DNA of 34,784 bases from Rickettsiales bacterium (GTDB lineage Bacteria > Pseudomonadota > Alphaproteobacteria > Rickettsiales > UBA3002), in NCBI GenBank assembly GCA_044239745.1, contig JBIIAV010000004.1, forward strand, positions 1-34,784, given 5' to 3'. Each line of letters begins with the position of its first letter. The stretch's first letter is position 1. A program made the position numbers and the translations under genes. Below are positions 29,906 through 34,784 of this stretch, piece by piece. The notes beneath the pieces are model-generated. The model was given only the letters and a program-made list of their open reading frames with translations, was not told the origin of the DNA and ran no database searches.

Positions 29906-32208
29906 TTGCGCGCTCCACGGCCGCGCGCATGAACCTCATCGGTCCGTTGTGTACGGGTTTTCCAATCCTGTGTCTTGCGTAGGGTTTCACCCGCGCGGAT
30001 GTAATCTTCCATCCGACGGTTTTGCACTTCTTTGGCCGCTTGATGGTGGCCGTCATCACCGGCATGGCGTTCGGCATAGAGCCGCTCACGCGGGATCCAT
30101 TGTGCCGCATGGCTTACCAGCAATGCTTTAGCCTGCTCGCTCAGTTGCTTGGCTTCCGCGCGGTTATAACAGGTGAGCGACTCATCGGCGGTCAGCGGGT
30201 TGATCAATTCGCGCTGCAATTTGCCGCCGCTATTTTGCAGGCTTGGGTCAACCAGCAATTCATGCAAGGTGACAAGCCGCGCCAGTGCCAATGCCTGTTC
30301 AGGCGCACGTATGCCCGCATCGCAGGCGCGCTGCACTTCCTGCGTCAGCAGGCGGATATCCTCCAGCAGCGTCACCGGCCTCGTAGGATCCGCCGCATCC
30401 ATCACCCGCATAACGGGTTGTACCCCCGCAGGGCGCTCTATCAACCCTGCCTGAATAAGCCGTGCTCGTACGCGTAGCTGCACCAGATCGTTCGAATATT
30501 GCCAGCCTTCTTGAAACACGGCCTGATCCACATTGCGGTCGAGATATTTCATCTGCAGCGCCAAGCGCGCCATCGGGCTGGTCTCCGATGCCCCCGATGC
30601 GGCCACAAAGCGTTGCTTGTCATCGCCTTTACGGAAATGCTCGATCGTATCTGCGATGCGTAAGAAGCTGAGCGTGTTCACCACCATTTTGTTGGGCGAG
30701 GCTTCTTTCATTTCACGCTTGAGCGTCTCCACCGCGTCGGTATTTGCTGCAATGGTCTCGCGCACCTCCTGACCCATGGCACCTGCGAATTCGTTCATAT
30801 CAGCGATGCCCGCCTGTTGTGCGCGGCGGAATCCTTGCGTGCCACGTTTCAGGTCGGCAAAACAGGCCGTTACCATCGGCTGATTCGCGGGATGCAGCCC
30901 TGTTTCCATGCCCCCGATAGCGAATGGCAGCGCCAGTCGTTCCCATTCCGGCAGTTTACTGTAGAGGTCATCTTCGAATAGTTTAGCCTGAGCGCTGTGC
31001 TCGAAAAACTGCTCGTGGCTATCGAACACGCGCTGCGGCTGAGGGTTGGTTTGCGCGAGATACTGACGCAGCTGTGGTGAAGGATTCACCGAAAGAATAT
31101 CCAGCGCACGGGCCGAAATATCATCGGCAAAGGGCGCGTATTGTTCGCGGATCTTTTTTTGCGCTGCTTTGCTTGGTTTTGATTGCGCGGCCTGATGGTA
31201 TTCCTGTGGCAAATCATCCAGCCGCATGTAATGCGCACAATGTTGCAGCAAGAGTGGTTTTAACTCAGCCTTCAGCGTTTCCATCGCCTTCAGCTCCGCC
31301 GCTGGCCGATGCTGCAACATGGTGTGTAAGCGCGTGCCTTGCGTCGGAATACGGCAGGCAAGGATATCGTCATGAAGGCTGAAAATCTGTGCTAGAGCCG
31401 TTGCCGCTTCGCGCGCTTCGAACCCTTTGCCGAGCTGGTACTTGAGAGTTTCCGCCACTTTCTGCGCACGCGCCAGCAACGTAATCGGCTTACCCTCGAG
31501 GTCGAACACATCCATATCCGCCTGCGGGCGCGACGGAATCTGCCCCGCTTGCGCCAGCACGCCGCGCATCATCTCCCAAATCGAGTTGCGCGAATAATTC
31601 CAGTCGCCATCAAGCATCATGCCCTTGCAACGATCGATCACCGGATACCAGAAGGCCATGAAATCTTCTTCTTCGTATTTCTGCCAGCGCGAGAATGCCC
31701 CCGTGCGCGTGATCTCACGCACTGAACCCTCACGGCCTACCGGTGCGATAATAATGCTATCGGGGTGGGTGCGCCCAACGATCCGCGCGCGGCGCAAGTT
31801 ATCCGCACGGTTCGGCTCGATCGCCTTGTCCTTATGCGCATGCCCGAGATGCTCGTCCGCCTTATAGGTGGATACGGCCACTTCATAATCGGGGCGGCGG
31901 ACATTGCTTTTGTTTTTTTGATCGAGCAATTCGTGTGGGCGCAACCCCGATGATATGCCGCACGGCACATAGATCATGATGCGATCTTGCGTTGCTTCCG
32001 CGAATGCCACCCATTCCACCGAAACACAGGCGCGCGTGCGGGCGGACTCAGGATAAAGCTGCGTATTGTAATAGTCATTGCTGTGGTCATTGCTGCGTCC
32101 GAATCCGTCGAACTTCGCCGTGCCATGGTCGCCGCTGAAATAACGCTTGATCCAGTCCAGCTCCAGGTTGGCCAACCCTTGCGCGGTTTCTGACGAATCT
32201 GAGGCCAT
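29902..32208 (-). CDS. internally duplicated protein with two nucleoside-deoxyribosyltransferase/DUF4406-like domains
   Basis: IYVPCGISSG...DFMAFW.PVIDR...DWNYSRNSIWE, repeated about 366 aa later as ...LDR...GWQYSNDLVQL; start 32208 has a GGAG RBS (alternative 32235). The ORF is secure; the fold call is tentative. Confidence 0.65.
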   Translation of the reverse strand: MASDSSETAQGLANLELDWIKRYFSGDHGTAKFDGFGRSNDHSNDYYNTQLYPESARTRACVSVEWVAFAEATQDRIMIYVPCGISSGLRPHELLDQKNKSNVRRPDYEVAVSTYKADEHLGHAHKDKAIEPNRADNLRRARIVGRTHPDSIIIAPVGREGSVREITRTGAFSRWQKYEEEDFMAFWYPVIDRCKGMMLDGDWNYSRNSIWEMMRGVLAQAGQIPSRPQADMDVFDLEGKPITLLARAQKVAETLKYQLGKGFEAREAATALAQIFSLHDDILACRIPTQGTRLHTMLQHRPAAELKAMETLKAELKPLLLQHCAHYMRLDDLPQEYHQAAQSKPSKAAQKKIREQYAPFADDISARALDILSVNPSPQLRQYLAQTNPQPQRVFDSHEQFFEHSAQAKLFEDDLYSKLPEWERLALPFAIGGMETGLHPANQPMVTACFADLKRGTQGFRRAQQAGIADMNEFAGAMGQEVRETIAANTDAVETLKREMKEASPNKMVVNTLSFLRIADTIEHFRKGDDKQRFVAASGASETSPMARLALQMKYLDRNVDQAVFQEGWQYSNDLVQLRVRARLIQAGLIERPAGVQPVMRVMDAADPTRPVTLLEDIRLLTQEVQRACDAGIRAPEQALALARLVTLHELLVDPSLQNSGGKLQRELINPLTADESLTCYNRAEAKQLSEQAKALLVSHAAQWIPRERLYAERHAGDDGHHQAAKEVQNRRMEDYIRAGETLRKTQDWKTRTQRTDEVHARGRGARK

Positions 32209-32253
32209 ATCGCTCTCCGTTGTCAATGACGCCATTAGCGATACAAGGCCTAT

Positions 32254-32271
32254 GTTACAGTTTGATGACAG
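32254..32271 (-). promoter_or_regulatory. Pho-box-like OmpR/PhoB-family direct repeat
   Basis: Minus strand CTGTCAT-CAAA-CTGTAAC (7-4-7), 45 bp upstream of the ATG at 32208. Confidence 0.55.
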
Positions 32272-32273
32272 CC

Positions 32274-32335
32274 CCCATGCTTAATTTGCAATATGACCCA
32301 TGCTTAATTTGCATGTGATCGGCTAACCCATGCTT
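32274..32335. repeat. short direct repeats
   Basis: CCCATGCTTAATTTGCA at 32274-32290 and 32297-32313; partial CCCATGCTT at 32327-32335. Confidence 0.85.
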
Positions 32336-32463
32336 TTGATGAGCCATTTGATCGGGTAAGCCGCCGCCAGTGCCGTGAATAATCCGCCGCCCCAGAGCGC
32401 AATGAACCACGCCCATTGCTTGGCCTTCGGGTGCGCCTCAAACCATTTAGTACATATGTTCAT
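32323..32463 (-). CDS. DUF2474-like small membrane protein following cydB (not in the ORF track)
   Basis: 46 aa MNICTKWFEAHPKAKQWAWFIALWGGGLFTALAAAYPIKWLIKSMG; overlaps the cydB 3' end. Confidence 0.75.
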   Translation of the reverse strand: MNICTKWFEAHPKAKQWAWFIALWGGGLFTALAAAYPIKWLIKSMG

Positions 32464-33469
32464 GGCTCGATTTCCCGCGGAAGATATAATAGCAATAGCC
32501 CGTATAGCCGAGAATCAATGGCAGTGCCGGAATAACCCCCACCAGCATCAGCGACAGTCCAGGGCCGGATGCCGCTGCATCCCAGATCGTGTAGTGATAG
32601 GGGATCAGCCACGGAAACAGGCTTAAGCCAAGGCCAAGATACCCCATCAAGAAAATGCCGATGCTGGCAAGGAATGGGCGGTATTCATGTTTGCTACGGT
32701 GCAGATCACGCCAGACGCATACGAACAGCGCCGCCGTGAGTAGCGGAATGACGGCAAGGTAGTAGATATTGGGCGTGCTGAACCAGAACTCCTTGATGCG
32801 CGCGTTGATGAACGGCACCGCGAGGCTCACCAGCGTCATGAAGATGCCGACCAGCCCGAGCACATAGGATGCCACTTTACGTGACCATTCCTGCGTGACG
32901 TCTTCGGTCTTCATCACCAGCCACGTGGAACCGAGCAGTGCATAGCCGAACACGACAGCGATGCCGGTCATGACGGAGAATCCGGTTGCCCAATCGAACG
33001 GGCCGCCGACGAAATTGCGGCCATCCACCACCACGCCCTGCACGAAGCCCCCAAGAATCATCCCCTGACAAAACGCAGCGCCAGTGCTGCCGAAATGGAA
33101 GGCATAATCCCACAGGCGGCGACTGCGCTCACTCGCTTTGAAGCGGAACTCGAACGCAACACCGCGCATGATAAGCCCCAGCAGCATGACGATGATGGGG
33201 ATATAAAACGCGGGCATGAGGATGGCATAGGCCAGCGGGAATGCAGCGAATAATCCGCCGCCGCCCAGCACCAGCCATGTCTCGTTACCATCCCAGAACG
33301 GGGCGATGGAGTTCATCATGCGGTCGCGGCATTTATCGCTGGGCGCGAAGGGAAAGAGTATGCCGATGCCAAGATCGAACCCATCGAGAAGCACATAGAG
33401 AAAAATCGCGGTAGCGATCAGTAATCCCCAGATGAGGGGTAAATCCACCGCATTGGAAAAATCAAACAT
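32447..33469 (-). CDS. cydB: cytochrome bd ubiquinol oxidase subunit II
   Basis: LDGFDLGIG, APFWDGNETWLV, RGVAFEFR, TIWDAA; ATG at 33469 overlaps the cydA end. Confidence 0.97.
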   Translation of the reverse strand: MFDFSNAVDLPLIWGLLIATAIFLYVLLDGFDLGIGILFPFAPSDKCRDRMMNSIAPFWDGNETWLVLGGGGLFAAFPLAYAILMPAFYIPIIVMLLGLIMRGVAFEFRFKASERSRRLWDYAFHFGSTGAAFCQGMILGGFVQGVVVDGRNFVGGPFDWATGFSVMTGIAVVFGYALLGSTWLVMKTEDVTQEWSRKVASYVLGLVGIFMTLVSLAVPFINARIKEFWFSTPNIYYLAVIPLLTAALFVCVWRDLHRSKHEYRPFLASIGIFLMGYLGLGLSLFPWLIPYHYTIWDAAASGPGLSLMLVGVIPALPLILGYTGYCYYIFRGKSSHEHMY

Positions 33470-34784
33470 GGGAGTCACCTTTCCCAGTCACCGCTTCGGT
33501 GACCGTTGCTTCGATACTATGTCGGTAAAATTGTTCCTTCTCCTCGGCGGCGGGAATACCTTTGCCGATGAGCTTGAGGATGTAGTAGCTGCCCGCGCCG
33601 AACACGAGCGTGTACATCACCACGAATGCAAGCAGCGACCAAGCGACCTGCCCACCCAAAATGGCAGGCGATACCGAATGCATGGTGCGGATGACGCCAT
33701 AGGCTGTCCATGGCTGACGGCCGATCTCCGTCACGAACCAGCCGGCGAGAATAGCGATAAAGCCGGTGGGCATCATCAACATCCACCAGACGTGCAGCCA
33801 GCGGCTTTCAAATAGCTTACCCCGAAAATACTGTAGCGCACTGACGGCACCGATGGCGATCATCAGCATGCCGATGCCCACCATCACGCGGAAGCTCCAG
33901 AATACCGGCGCCACGGGCGGTCGATCCTCTTTCGGGAAGTCCCTCAGTGCAGGGATTTTGCCCTTGGCGTCCCCCGTCAGCACCCAGCTGGCACCACCGG
34001 GAATGGTGATGCCGTATTTGGTTTCCTCGGCTTTTTGGTCGGGCCAGCCGAACAGGTAGAGGGGCGCTGCTTCGCGGTGCTCCCAGTTGCCCTCCATGGC
34101 AGCCACTTTTGCAGGCTGATACTGCATCGTGTTGGCGCCATGCATATGGCCGATGAATAGCTGCGTGGGCGCCACCAGCGCCGCCATGATCACGGCCATC
34201 CCCAGCATAATACGCGCCTGCGGCACATGGCGCTTACGCCAGAGATAGAAGCCACCAACACCCCCCACCACAAAGGCCGTGGAGAGATAGGCCGCCGTTA
34301 CCATATGCGCGAAGCGATACGGAAACGATGGGTTAAAGATAATCTCGATCCAGCTGGTGGGGAATAATCGGCCATCCTGTGCGATGGTGAAGCCCTGCGG
34401 CGTCTGCATCCAGCTATTGGCGGAGAGAATCCAGAAGGCAGAAAGCAACGTGCCGCCTGCTACAATGCAGGTGGCAACGAAATGCATCCGTTTCGATACC
34501 CGACCCCAGCCGAATAGCATGATGCCCAGAAACGAGGCCTCAAGGAAGAACGCCGTGAGCACTTCATAGCCCAACAGTGGCCCCAACACATTGGCCACGC
34601 GGTCGGAGAAGATCGACCAGTTGGTGCCGAACTGATACGACATGGTCACGCCCGATACCACACCCATGCCGAATGCCACCGCGAAAATCTTGACCCAGAA
34701 TCGGTAAATATCGCGGAAGCGCTCATCCCCCGTTTTCAGCCAGCGCCATTCCACCATGGCAAGGAAACTCGCGAGGCCAATGGT
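33462..34784 (-). CDS. cydA: cytochrome bd ubiquinol oxidase subunit I (5' end outside the window)
   Basis: GVVSG, QFGTNW, YEVLTAFFLEA, NSWMQTP, QPAKVAAMEG, EIGRQPW; frame open to the window edge; short Q-loop (CioA-like). Confidence 0.97.
   Translation of the reverse strand, partial: TIGLASFLAMVEWRWLKTGDERFRDIYRFWVKIFAVAFGMGVVSGVTMSYQFGTNWSIFSDRVANVLGPLLGYEVLTAFFLEASFLGIMLFGWGRVSKRMHFVATCIVAGGTLLSAFWILSANSWMQTPQGFTIAQDGRLFPTSWIEIIFNPSFPYRFAHMVTAAYLSTAFVVGGVGGFYLWRKRHVPQARIMLGMAVIMAALVAPTQLFIGHMHGANTMQYQPAKVAAMEGNWEHREAAPLYLFGWPDQKAEETKYGITIPGGASWVLTGDAKGKIPALRDFPKEDRPPVAPVFWSFRVMVGIGMLMIAIGAVSALQYFRGKLFESRWLHVWWMLMMPTGFIAILAGWFVTEIGRQPWTAYGVIRTMHSVSPAILGGQVAWSLLAFVVMYTLVFGAGSYYILKLIGKGIPAAEEKEQFYRHSIEATVTEAVTGKGDSHV

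Noticed and set aside
21478-32335. Integrative element or prophage at tRNA-Gln
   Set aside because: No integrase, transposase or phage gene is present, and I found no duplicate of the tRNA 3' end near the cydB-side boundary. The region is island-like by composition and position only.
32274-32335. CRISPR mini-array
   Set aside because: Repeats are only 17 bp with 6- and 13-bp gaps, and no cas genes are present.

Overview
GC-rich alphaproteobacterial chromosome segment. A Rickettsiales-like lineage is suggested by an RPE-1-like palindrome, a CtrA box and the gene order, but this is inference. Positions 1-21.5 kb are mostly conserved housekeeping genes: yebC-orf-ruvC, ruvA-ruvB-ybgC-tolQRAB, a FliB-like gene inserted on the opposite strand, pal-cpoB-tilS-ftsH, glmM-thiD, rpmE, DUF1192, quinone oxidoreductase, DUF1013/trcR, hldE, a type IV pilin with a perfect CtrA box, cutA and tRNA-Gln(TTG). 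Two families of intergenic palindromic repeats occur in this part. Between tRNA-Gln and a cydAB-DUF2474 operon lies a visibly lower-GC, minus-strand operon of about 10 kb. Four of its genes are joined by ATGA overlaps and a fifth follows closely. It encodes (1) a tandemly duplicated nucleoside-deoxyribosyltransferase/DUF4406-like protein, (2) a 160-aa protein that appears to be a free copy of a domain repeated twice at the N-terminus of (3) a giant RNase J-like MBL/beta-CASP nuclease, (4) a giant exonuclease I (SbcB)-like DEDDh nuclease with a probable C-terminal ASCH/PUA-like domain, and (5) a 92-aa protein. A Pho-box-like direct repeat lies upstream. This multi-nuclease operon is the best candidate for an undescribed system (defence, nucleic-acid scavenging or secreted effectors). 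All family calls come from motif recognition by eye; no searches were run.
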